Virus record (IMG/VR): IMGVR_UViG_3300036879_000022
Coordinates: 1 to 64,000 of that record
Length of the DNA stretch: 64,000 nucleotides
From: a virus
Direction: 5' to 3' (one strand)
In this document: piece by piece, positions 18,601 through 27,827 of the stretch
How positions within the stretch are numbered: the stretch's first letter is position 1
How the letters are laid out: each line of letters starts with the position of its first letter
Program-made: the position numbers and the translations under genes
Notes under the pieces: model-generated
The model's database searches: none
Told to the model about the DNA's origin: nothing
What the model saw: the letters and a program-made list of their open reading frames with translations, nothing else

Positions 18601-19149
18601 GGTCAGCCTTCGCCGTTTTCGAACAGTCGGAGCAGAGATGATCGCCCCCGTTCATCCTCCATCCTTCGTCAGCGTGCAGCTCATGCCAACACGCGAGGAA
18701 GTTCTGCACGTCGGCTCCTTCGGCCTTCGAGAACTCGAACGTGTCGAAGCACGCATCGCACTGGAAAACCAACAGCCCTTTACTCGGTCTTTCGAAGCTC
18801 ATTTTCTTATTTCCCCGCTTTAATTCTGGCGCAGATGCGAAGTGCTGCGCATGCTGCCTCGACGATCTCGCCAGTTGCTAGTTGAATGCGCTTGCCATCG
18901 CGCACTTCGTATTTCGGCTTTTCGAGGATGCTCGCGTAAGGGAGCATCGTCTCTGGGGCCGGAAGCTCTTCTAGGAGGTCCACGCTCAGGCCTCTCGCTT
19001 GATCAGCGCCTCCGCCGGCTTCCACCGGCCCGGGTTCTTGTAGAGCACGAACCGGATCGGTCCAACCGAGAAGATGTCTTTCTTCTCACGTCGCCAAACG
19101 CCGAAGCGCCACGAGGACGGGAATATAACGATCCCGAAGGCGATGGTCT

Positions 19150-20052
19150 TCATGCTGCTCTCTCCATGATCTCGAAGTTGCCGTGAACCCACTTCCACTG
19201 GGGACGCGGGAAAGTGCCGCCGGTCGTATCGCGAACCACGATGCCTTCATCGTCGTGAAGACGAACCCGGCCGACATGACCTTTAACATCCACTTCGAGC
19301 ACGTCAAGCGATTTCCGAGTATCGCTGTTCGTTTGATGGAAGACATTCACCGGGAGGCCCCACGAATAGTTGATGTACTGATAGGAGCCATAGACCTCCT
19401 TCGAGTACGCCGCGTACATCATCAAGAATTGCTTCTCGGCGTCAGCCGGCGACCACGGCTCGATCTTGATGCCGATCAGCTCCAGATGGTGGCCCCAGTC
19501 GAGCCCGCTCCGCGACATCAGCGCGGCGCGTTCGTCCACGATGATCCGGCTGTCGAGTTCGTCTTGGATCGCGAGCATGGGCAAATCTTTCCATCCCATC
19601 CACTCGCGGATCACGTCGTTGATCGCGTGGTCCCAGACACGGTACTGCGGCATGTACTGCTTGACCGGACGCGGGATGTCCACGAGATAGGCTTCGGGAG
19701 CATCATGCATCAAAATTTGAAGGCAGTCGAGCGCCGAGCCGCCGTGGTTCGCCAGCCACGCCGCCAGCAAACAACAGTGCTGGGCCACGCTGTAGAAGAA
19801 CTGCACGTGGCCGGAGTAGCGGCACTGGTTGGCTAGGGCATGTGCGATGTCGATCACCGACAGCGCATCCATCGTCGGCTGGAGCGGCCAGAACGCGCGC
19901 CCAGTGTAGGTCTCGATAAATGTCGCGGCCCGATAGGCCGTGTCGGTCTTCAGGATCGCCGCGTCATCTGCCTGTGTGATGTGGCGCGGATCGAAATTCT
20001 TGTATGACACGTCCACGGGGGACATGCCTTCGCCGATCGCTTTGGGGGACAT
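19150..20052 (-). CDS. HD-domain phosphohydrolase (5'-deoxynucleotidase YfbR-like)
   Basis: DIAHALANQCRYSGH...YSVAQH...LMHDAPEAY..DIPRPVK. Confidence 0.9.
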   Translation of the reverse strand: MSPKAIGEGMSPVDVSYKNFDPRHITQADDAAILKTDTAYRAATFIETYTGRAFWPLQPTMDALSVIDIAHALANQCRYSGHVQFFYSVAQHCCLLAAWLANHGGSALDCLQILMHDAPEAYLVDIPRPVKQYMPQYRVWDHAINDVIREWMGWKDLPMLAIQDELDSRIIVDERAALMSRSGLDWGHHLELIGIKIEPWSPADAEKQFLMMYAAYSKEVYGSYQYINYSWGLPVNVFHQTNSDTRKSLDVLEVDVKGHVGRVRLHDDEGIVVRDTTGGTFPRPQWKWVHGNFEIMERAA

Positions 20053-20061
20053 GGGTATCTC

Positions 20062-20307
20062 CTATAGTCCTTCGAGTTTGTCGTATGCCCTCATGATGCG
20101 CTGCGCGAGATCGTAGGCCCCTCCGCTGTCCGTCGTGAAGCTGCTCAGGACACCGTCTTCGTTGTGGAATTGCAGACGGAATGCGTTGTCGTCAATGTTG
20201 GTTTCGATGGTATACTCGGTCGCCTCGCTGTCTTCGAGCAGCTCCATCATCAACTCTTCGGTCAGTTCGATTTCGGGTTCGTTGTCTTCGATCAGTTCCG
20301 CAACCAT
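20062..20307 (-). CDS. small acidic protein
   Basis: Glu/Asp-rich 81-aa ORF following the polymerase. Confidence 0.7.
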   Translation of the reverse strand: MVAELIEDNEPEIELTEELMMELLEDSEATEYTIETNIDDNAFRLQFHNEDGVLSSFTTDSGGAYDLAQRIMRAYDKLEGL

Positions 20308-20316
20308 AGCATCCCC

Positions 20317-22902
20317 CTACTTCCTTAAACGTGGTCCGACCCAGCCCTCCGCCGTGATTGGCATGCCCGGCGCCCAGATCGGTACGATAGACATGATTGC
20401 CTCAAATTCCTGCACATTACAAGTGTCAATTACTGCCTCCGCGATGACCTCGTCATGGATCGACAAAAGCAAGTCAAACTCGGGCATTTCGTCGATCCGG
20501 AGCATCGCTTCCGCGAGCAGATCACGCGACGATGCCTGATCATAATTCTCGACAAGCGAACCGCCGTGCGTTCCGCATCGCTTCCACTGTTTAGTGTAGG
20601 TATCACGCCCCATGAATGACAGATGCGGCGAGACGAAGCTCTCCGGCGGATCGGGGAGTAGCTTCTTGTGCTGCTTCTCCGCGAGCTTCTCCGCGTGCCA
20701 GCGCACTTGATGCTGCGGCACTTTCTTCTTGGCGGGGAAGTTGATCGCGCAGGGGCGTCCGCGCTCATTGAGCGCAGCGAAGCGATACGTGACGCGCTGG
20801 CGAACTTGCGGATAGAGATAGGCGAGCAGTCGGCCGCTGGGCAGCCTGCAATGCAGGAAGTTGCCATCGTCGGACATGAAGTAGCTGACAGCTCCGATGC
20901 CTGTGATTGGGTCGCCGCCGCAGAAGTGCTCGCCGCCTTCAACCACCGCTGCGATAGCCGCCCTCTCGCTGTCGCGCCAGAGCATCGGGACTTCGGGGTA
21001 TTTGTCTTTGCGATAGACCTTGACGACCATCTGACAGAACTCGTCTTCAAGCCAAATGCCTTCGTCGGCCCAGACCGTCGCTTGGAACTTCTCCCATCCC
21101 ATCGCGTAGCCGAGGCCGAGCACCGCCTTCTTACCGAGGTTGCGCTCAGTCTTGTCGGCCTTCGTGATCAGGCGCTTGTAGATGCCGCTCGCCATGTCGC
21201 AGTAAATATCTTTGCCCGGCGTGAACATCGCGAGCATGTCAGCGCAGCCCGAGAGCCACGCGAGCTTGCGCGCCTCGATCGCATTGAAGTCGGCCGCGTA
21301 CAGCTCTTTGCCCGGGGATGCGATCAGCGCGCCACGGCAGGCCTTGGCGAGCATCACCATCGGCTCGCCCCACATCATCGTGATCAGGTCGTGATCGAGA
21401 TGCATGATATCGTTCCATGCATCGCCCATCTCGTCGAACCCGTCAGATGTCAGCTTCTTGTATCCGCCGCCGTAGCCGCGAACGAAGTTGTGCGGCTGCA
21501 CACCTTTGCCGGACCATCGGCCCGTGCGGTCAGCTCCGTTGTAGAGCATGATGTCGTGCAGGCGATCGTCGGGGCAGACGCTCTGGAGCATGCGCTTGTA
21601 TTTGGCGACCGATGAGCGGTTGACCTCCATGCAGATGCGGAGCGCCCGTTCGACGTACTCGCCCTCCGGACCGAACGCATCCCACTTCTCTCGACTGGGC
21701 TCCAGAGCAGCCTCGCGTGCCTCGTCGCCGGCTTTCGTCGGGACGCCGTCGAGCGCGAAGCTGAGCGTGTCGGCCTTGGTATCCTTCAGTGGCTCGCCGC
21801 CCAGCTCAGTTAGCTTGTCATTCGCCCAGCGCAGGAGCGCGGTGCGTTGCGAGCCCTTGAGCACGCGGTTGCCCGTCAGGGCGGCCAGCTCGCCATTGAG
21901 CCTCTTGGCCTCTTCGGCGGCATAGTCAAACGCGGTTTGCGCGGCCGGGATATCGAGCGCGACGCCCCGCAGGTTCATGCGGAAGTCCATGAGCCAATAC
22001 TCACGCTCACGATCGGTCATCTCGGGGCAGAACTCCGAGAGACCGCGCTCGGCGCGCACGTCGCCTTTGCAGTATTCCCAGTTGCGGCGATGCTCAATTT
22101 CTTCTTCGCAGAACCGGATTTCATTCGGGTTGATCGGGGCGGGCGCGCGGAGTTCGTTGTCCGGCGGCTCCACGTCGGTATAGACCCACTCTTCTCGCCT
22201 GACCTGACGGAGATAGCCCTTCTTGACCAACCGATCATTGAGGGAGTTACGCGCGCTCGCCCACGGCTCTTTCGTTGCCGGGTAGAACGGGACGAGGTCT
22301 TCGAGAATGTCGCGAGCCTCTACATTGGTCAGAACTTTGTCAGGCTCCCAGTTCGCGAGCACTTCCCGTTCGAAGGCGCCCTTCAGGGTCTCGCCCTCGG
22401 CCTTCTTGCGTCGTCGAGCCATTGGCTTCGATAGCTTGTTGATGAGCCGCTTGCCGTCCGCCACCTTGTGATAGGGGAGACCGAGCGCGGTGATTGCGTC
22501 CTCCAGCCCCCGGGGCAAGGATAGGCACGACGCTTTCGCTGCCGAGCAGAACATCTGTTCGAGCTGGAGCTTGACATCAAACATGGGAAACTCGCGCGTG
22601 AGCGCTTCATTCCAGATGTTGAACTCGAAGCCGGCGTTGTGCGCTTCGACCGGCTCGCCGTCGCGGATGCGCTCGATTAGTTCATCGGGGCGAGGGTCCG
22701 CCTCGCACCACGTGGTATTGGTGACCGGGTCATAGTGGCCCCGGTGCCAGAGATGCACAGGACCATCGATCGGCTCTTCTGGGAATTGCCAGCACAGGCA
22801 CAAGGCTTGCGTGCTCGTGTCGAGCGCGTAGCGCCGCTGACCCCACTTTAGGAGGTCGGCGACGCTTCGCGTTTCGAAGTCGATCGTGATCGGCCTGATC
22901 AT
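20317..22902 (-). CDS. DNA polymerase, family A (phage)
   Basis: IDFET exonuclease, HNAGFE, TGRWSG, ADFNAIEAR (motif A), RNLGKKAVLGLGY (motif B), IHDE (motif C). Confidence 0.97.
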   Translation of the reverse strand: MIRPITIDFETRSVADLLKWGQRRYALDTSTQALCLCWQFPEEPIDGPVHLWHRGHYDPVTNTTWCEADPRPDELIERIRDGEPVEAHNAGFEFNIWNEALTREFPMFDVKLQLEQMFCSAAKASCLSLPRGLEDAITALGLPYHKVADGKRLINKLSKPMARRRKKAEGETLKGAFEREVLANWEPDKVLTNVEARDILEDLVPFYPATKEPWASARNSLNDRLVKKGYLRQVRREEWVYTDVEPPDNELRAPAPINPNEIRFCEEEIEHRRNWEYCKGDVRAERGLSEFCPEMTDREREYWLMDFRMNLRGVALDIPAAQTAFDYAAEEAKRLNGELAALTGNRVLKGSQRTALLRWANDKLTELGGEPLKDTKADTLSFALDGVPTKAGDEAREAALEPSREKWDAFGPEGEYVERALRICMEVNRSSVAKYKRMLQSVCPDDRLHDIMLYNGADRTGRWSGKGVQPHNFVRGYGGGYKKLTSDGFDEMGDAWNDIMHLDHDLITMMWGEPMVMLAKACRGALIASPGKELYAADFNAIEARKLAWLSGCADMLAMFTPGKDIYCDMASGIYKRLITKADKTERNLGKKAVLGLGYAMGWEKFQATVWADEGIWLEDEFCQMVVKVYRKDKYPEVPMLWRDSERAAIAAVVEGGEHFCGGDPITGIGAVSYFMSDDGNFLHCRLPSGRLLAYLYPQVRQRVTYRFAALNERGRPCAINFPAKKKVPQHQVRWHAEKLAEKQHKKLLPDPPESFVSPHLSFMGRDTYTKQWKRCGTHGGSLVENYDQASSRDLLAEAMLRIDEMPEFDLLLSIHDEVIAEAVIDTCNVQEFEAIMSIVPIWAPGMPITAEGWVGPRLRK

Positions 22903-23183
22903 GCGAGATTGGATGCTTCCGCGACGGTGCGCGTGAGCGTCGTCTCCAGATCGCCAGCACGGCTATGCCGCTGAGACTGGACAACACGAAGAGAGGGCTG
23001 GAGAAATTCTCTGAGACAGCCCTTCAATACCTCCCGTGCGTCGAGCACGTTCTGATAATTGGCTTGTCGCTGAGCCATGAACCTCGGCTCGGGGGAGGCT
23101 GAGATCACGGATGCGAGTACGAGGGCCTCGATCGCTTCCGTGACGAGTTCAATCTTGGTTTCGGTGACAGGATTTGAGGACAT
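22899..23183 (-). CDS. hypothetical protein
   Basis: ATGA overlap with the polymerase start. Confidence 0.65.
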   Translation of the reverse strand: MSSNPVTETKIELVTEAIEALVLASVISASPEPRFMAQRQANYQNVLDAREVLKGCLREFLQPSLRVVQSQRHSRAGDLETTLTRTVAEASNLA

Positions 23184-23414
23184 GATGCGCTTTCCAAATT
23201 GACGATGCAGACTTTAGAGACCTTGGCCGCGCCGTTGTCAAATGGTTGGGGCGCGACACCGTTTTGCGATATCGCGCCCCGGAAGGTGCAGAGGTCGGAC
23301 GCACTAATCCCGGCGTTCATTAGAGTGCTGGGTGCACCTAAAGCGGGGGCGGTGTCATCGGGCTCAAGAATGGCCTCCTGAAAGCACCGCCCCCTAACAA
23401 CCGCGCGTGGCCAG

Positions 23415-24053
23415 TTACGCGGTCGGATCGTCGTCGCCGACGCCGCCGAAGTCGTCGTCGTCATCGGACGTGAAGCCCTCGGCCGGATCATCGCCGAAGT
23501 CATCCTCGGCCGACGTGAAGCCTTCGAAGCTATCGTCATCGCCGAGCTTCTGGATGTTGCCCAGACCGATGGCCAGACCCTTGCCAATCTTGTCGAAGGC
23601 GTAGGGGTTGACCGAGGCGCGAGCCCAGCAGCCGGCGTAGAACTCTTCCGCGTTCTCGGATGTGATCGGGTTGCCCTTCACGTCGAGAATTTGGGGGCGC
23701 CGCTTCGAGTTGGCCATGGAGAAGAACACCATGTCCGGATCGCCGTAGCCCTGATAGGTCTTCTCGTCCCCCTTGTGGAACGGGATTTTGAAGGAGCGAT
23801 CCTCCTTCATCTTCTTGATGTCCTTCTTGAAGAACTCCTGACAGACCTCGCCGAGCTTGGCGCGGATGGCCTGCCACTTCAGCTTGTCAGCCTCGGTGAA
23901 CTCCTTGGGATAGAACAGACCCACGAGCGAATAGCGGAGCGTGCCGTCATTGTAGCTCGACTTCTCGAAGACTTGGGGAAACGAGACCCGGAATTTCGGG
24001 GTCAGTAGGCGGGAGCCCTTTTTGCCGGGCGCAGCGGTAGCGTTGGATGCCAT
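23415..24053 (-). CDS. single-stranded DNA-binding protein (DUF2815)
   Basis: RVSFPQVFE...FYAGCWARASVNPYAF...GLGNIQKLGD; acidic tail; AAGGA RBS before ATG 24053. Confidence 0.9.
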   Translation of the reverse strand: MASNATAAPGKKGSRLLTPKFRVSFPQVFEKSSYNDGTLRYSLVGLFYPKEFTEADKLKWQAIRAKLGEVCQEFFKKDIKKMKEDRSFKIPFHKGDEKTYQGYGDPDMVFFSMANSKRRPQILDVKGNPITSENAEEFYAGCWARASVNPYAFDKIGKGLAIGLGNIQKLGDDDSFEGFTSAEDDFGDDPAEGFTSDDDDDFGGVGDDDPTA

Positions 24054-24196
24054 GTCTTTGTCCTTTCGATTTGATGTGATGTGATAATTGGACTTGGCAG
24101 TTGCGGGGTTTAACGATTTGGTAACCATGTGTCAAGAGATAAAATGATGCCATCCAAAGAAAACGGTGGCCCCCAACATAGCACCCGGGGATAACG

Positions 24197-24225
24197 CAAA
24201 AAGATGCCCGGCAGAGCCGGGCGTC
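24197..24225 (-). terminator. intrinsic terminator
   Basis: GCCCGGC-TCT-GCCGGGC followed by ATCTTTTT on the minus strand. Confidence 0.7.
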
Positions 24226-24243
24226 TATGACGGGTCGGGGAAT

Positions 24244-25209
24244 TTAAGCAGTCAAGGTCGGGGCCGGTAGGATCGGTTTTACAGCCTTGGGGAAGAACCG
24301 CTTGCCCTCAACAGTGATGACGCCCTTATACTGGGCTACCGAGACCCCGGTCACAAGAGCGTTCCAGACCTTGACGCCGATTGCAAGACGGTCAATCGCC
24401 GAAATCTTCTTAGTCTTGTTCTTGCCGTTGGCCTCCGTCAGGCGCTCGCGGTAGAAAAGCACCGGATCACCCTTTTTGAGCCCAGCCCCCGTAGCCATCT
24501 GATCCGCCCAGACATCCGCCCAAGCCTTGTTGAGCTTGGCAAAGACATAGTAGAGCCCCGCCGCCTGTGACGGGGCCAAGTGCGAGATGGATTGCGACTT
24601 CACGACGGCAGCGATGAGGTTCGCCGGGTCCGCATCGTAAGCAGCCCTAACTACTTCGTTGTCCGCCGTGTAGCTCATCACCGACCACTGATTTTCAATG
24701 ATGGTCGAGTTGCGGATCGCGCCAAAGACCAACGCGGCTGCGCGAGCCGGAGAGAGCCCTTCGATTTCGCAACCTTCGATCCCGACGATGTCGTTGCCGC
24801 GCCGAGTACGACCGCGACCCATAGTTGAGAAGGTCTCCCGATCAATGCCGTAGATAACGAAAGACATGAAAGGTGTTCCAGTTTCAACACTGGCGATACA
24901 GCGGTGCTGCCCGTCTAAAGTTTCGCCCTCGTCACTGATGATGATCGGCTCTCCGTTGACGCGCCACTTGTTCTCTGTAAGCTGGCGGCTGTAGTCGCGA
25001 ACAGCACTCTTGTTGACGGGCCGGTTCTTAGTCATATGGTCGAGCAAGTCCTGTGCGCGCTCCGGTGAGATCAGTTCTACCCGCGCCAGATATGACTGTC
25101 GCCCGGTATGGACATGGCCCGTTGCGATGAGGGTATTGAGGCGATCAGATTTAGCTAACATAGCATTGTTCCTCGTGTTTGATGGTTGGTATGGATTGGA
25201 CTTGTTCAC
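24244..25209 (-). CDS. ParB/Srx-like N-terminal domain protein (DGQHR)
   Basis: ISPERAQDLL...NRP...NGEPII...LDGQHR; lower GC than flanks. Confidence 0.75.
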   Translation of the reverse strand: MNKSNPYQPSNTRNNAMLAKSDRLNTLIATGHVHTGRQSYLARVELISPERAQDLLDHMTKNRPVNKSAVRDYSRQLTENKWRVNGEPIIISDEGETLDGQHRCIASVETGTPFMSFVIYGIDRETFSTMGRGRTRRGNDIVGIEGCEIEGLSPARAAALVFGAIRNSTIIENQWSVMSYTADNEVVRAAYDADPANLIAAVVKSQSISHLAPSQAAGLYYVFAKLNKAWADVWADQMATGAGLKKGDPVLFYRERLTEANGKNKTKKISAIDRLAIGVKVWNALVTGVSVAQYKGVITVEGKRFFPKAVKPILPAPTLTA

Positions 25210-25326
25210 ATGCCGTCGTCTGTATCAACGACCACGCGGATGCGAAAGTCAAGAGGCATTTGCCACATCTTAACGAGCACCCTCGAAATCCTCTTAATAT
25301 CCGGTTAAGACGAAAGAACAGCGATT

Positions 25327-25452
25327 TCAGATTTTCAGGGCCGTCAGAGCTTTAGGCGTTTTCCCGAGTTTCGTGACGTGAGTGCGCCACGTCCACTCGC
25401 CAGTCAGCGGGTCGTAGCGCAGGATCGATTTCAGATACGCTTGGGAGATCAT
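25327..25452 (-). pseudogene. truncated HNH homing endonuclease N-terminus
   Basis: MISQAYLKSILRYDPLTGEWTW followed by an early stop. Confidence 0.6.
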
Positions 25453-26069
25453 GGGATGAAGTAGTGCCAGCCAAAGAAGACGATAGACCCCAACATAGCA
25501 CCCGGGATGATATCGACGCAATAATGCTGCTTGGTCTTGAGCGCGGACGTTGCGATGAGCAGCGGGAAGAGCGCGCAGACGTAGCCGGCGACCGGCCAGT
25601 TGGCGCCGATGGTCAGATCAACCATCATGGCGACGCTGACGTGCATGCTCGGCAGGCTGTTGCGGAGCTTGTCATAGCTCCAGACCATGTCGAGCATCCG
25701 CATTGACTTCGGATGCTCCACACGGGCATCGGAGACATGGAAGGCCGTGCGCCAGTGCCCGGGGATAGCGACCGGCCACGTGACGAACATGAAGACCTGT
25801 ATGGCCAGCAACGTCAGGAAGCATCCCACGGTGTAGGCATAGGCCTGCCACGTCGGCACGCTGAGCGCGGCAAGCAGGATCATCGGATAGTAGAGCCCGG
25901 AATAAATCCAGACCCATCGCGGATCGAAGTTGATCCGCTGATCCCAGCCGGTCTCGAAGTAACGTGCGTCGAAGAACGTCTGGCGCTGCGCCCAGAAATA
26001 GAATTGGTACCCGCCGACGATCAAGACGACCGTGATGAAGAGTTCAAGAATTCGGTCGAATAGTTCCAT
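25449..26069 (-). CDS. PAP2-superfamily membrane phosphatase/phosphotransferase
   Basis: Multiple TM segments; NSLPSMHV and TKQHYCVD motifs. Confidence 0.85.
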   Translation of the reverse strand: MELFDRILELFITVVLIVGGYQFYFWAQRQTFFDARYFETGWDQRINFDPRWVWIYSGLYYPMILLAALSVPTWQAYAYTVGCFLTLLAIQVFMFVTWPVAIPGHWRTAFHVSDARVEHPKSMRMLDMVWSYDKLRNSLPSMHVSVAMMVDLTIGANWPVAGYVCALFPLLIATSALKTKQHYCVDIIPGAMLGSIVFFGWHYFIP

Positions 26070-26226
26070 CGTCAAGCTCCCCTTTGGCAACGGCTTCCGC
26101 GCGCAGCCTCGCATGTATGATACCGACATTCGGGCCGGTTGGGTTTTTGATCCACTCTGCCGCCGCCTCGGTCATAAGCCGCATCTCGACCCGGCGGCGC
26201 TCGCATCCTACGCACCGCTCCACGGC

Positions 26227-26859
26227 TCAGCCTCCTTGAGGGTGCCGAATGAGACAATAGACGGTGCCGACCTCGCCGCCGTGGACGGTCATGAAAACCC
26301 ATGACACGTCAGTCGGATTGTCGAGATCGTCGTCGAGCTTGTTGACGAGTTCTGGCGGAACCGGGACTTCCGTTCCATTCGGGATGGCTTGTCGTGTCGT
26401 GCCGTCCGGATACGCCTTCGCGGAGCCGTCGCCGATCTTCGCGGTCCATGTCCCGTCCGCATTACGCCAATAGTCTTCGACCGGATAGGCATCGCCCTTG
26501 CCACAACACGAGCCGGGCATGTTCGGGCGCTGAAGGCGCTCAAACCATTTCGTTGTCGCGCTGTTCGGGTTGAAGCCGTGATCCATTGCTGGAGCCGAGT
26601 GCGGCCAGAGAACCCAGAGCGCGAGGGCGAGGAAGCAAGCCCAGCCCACGAGCGAGCGCGCAGTGTTCGCGGTCGGGCTCGACGGTGCTGGCCCGTCATA
26701 GGTCTCGATCAGGCGCGCATACGGATGACCGCGATCACGTCCGTCCGGGCATCCCGGATACTCGCACGTGAAAAAGCGGTTCTTGTCGCCGTTGCAGATC
26801 GGGCAGCGATACTCCTTGCGGGGCTCCGGATACGCCGGGCCGTGTTCATCCGTGCCCAT
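26227..26859 (-). CDS. hypothetical membrane-anchored/exported Cys-containing protein
   Basis: Internal hydrophobic segment, then a WF..L..P...SCCGKGD domain. Confidence 0.65.
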   Translation of the reverse strand: MGTDEHGPAYPEPRKEYRCPICNGDKNRFFTCEYPGCPDGRDRGHPYARLIETYDGPAPSSPTANTARSLVGWACFLALALWVLWPHSAPAMDHGFNPNSATTKWFERLQRPNMPGSCCGKGDAYPVEDYWRNADGTWTAKIGDGSAKAYPDGTTRQAIPNGTEVPVPPELVNKLDDDLDNPTDVSWVFMTVHGGEVGTVYCLIRHPQGG

Positions 26860-27244
26860 GGGCGTCCTCGTTGATTGTGATCGGCGCCTTCTCGACGCCG
26901 CTCAGCGGCGGATTGTCCTTGAGCGAGAGCGGATCAAGGCCGCGCGCAAGACACTCTTCAACGCTGAGCCCGTCAAGCTCATGCGGGACCGGCTTGACGA
27001 CGTAGGCGCGCATCGCCGGCTGATTGGCGGTGCAGAGACCGATCTCGACAACGCCGCCCTCGTTGAGCATCTTGAGTTCGTGCTTGGTCGGCTTCCATGT
27101 GCTGATCAGCTCGACAACGTTGGCCTCGCCGAATGTTTCCGCGCGGACCTGTAGGTCACCGCACTCCCCGTCCATGGTTTTCGCATCCCAGTTCTCGGGC
27201 TTCGCGAATAGATGCGTGGCTCCACGCGTGACTGTCGGCTTCAT
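26846..27244 (-). CDS. hypothetical protein
   Basis: PENWD...CGDL...STWKPT..EL..LN.GG conserved-looking phage protein. Confidence 0.7.
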   Translation of the reverse strand: MKPTVTRGATHLFAKPENWDAKTMDGECGDLQVRAETFGEANVVELISTWKPTKHELKMLNEGGVVEIGLCTANQPAMRAYVVKPVPHELDGLSVEECLARGLDPLSLKDNPPLSGVEKAPITINEDAHGHG

Positions 27245-27536
27245 TTGGGGCTCCTATGACTTTTCTTCGGCCGCTTGTCATACTCGACGGCCTTCAGTGC
27301 CTCGCCAACGAGATACCAAACATGGTGCTCATCGCTGGGGACTTGACTGACTTTTCCTTGCCGGTTTACGATGCGCTTGTCAAGGTCTTCTTTCTTCCGG
27401 CCGCGCAACGTTTTGACATCGTAGTTGTGAAGTCCGGCGGGCTCGCTCCCGTCATCGATATTGCTGATATGCATCCGAGCAAGCTCTTTGCTCCGGCTGG
27501 AATGGATCGCGCTGTCAAGGTAGACCGTCACGATGA

Positions 27537-27827
27537 TCATCGCAGAACTCCCGCCGAGCTGTTGATGTATTGACACGGGCTGAGCCCGCTCGGTGACCGC
27601 TCGTACTTGAAGCGCGGCACTCCGTTCGCGACCTCCTGTACGAACCGAATGAGGCGCTGAGTGTAGATCGGCGCGAGCTGCGCATTTCCCCACGTGTAGT
27701 CCGTATAGACGACTACGGCGTGGCCTTCATCGTCTCGGGCCATGCCGATGATCGTGTAGAGGCCGCTCTTATAGTGCCTCCACGCCTCGCCAGTCGCGGG
27801 CATCCGGAAGTCCTGTTGCACGGTCAA
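27537..27827 (-). CDS. DUF1653-like protein
   Basis: WRHYKSGLYTIIGMA...VVVY. Confidence 0.75.
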   Translation of the reverse strand: MTVQQDFRMPATGEAWRHYKSGLYTIIGMARDDEGHAVVVYTDYTWGNAQLAPIYTQRLIRFVQEVANGVPRFKYERSPSGLSPCQYINSSAGVLR

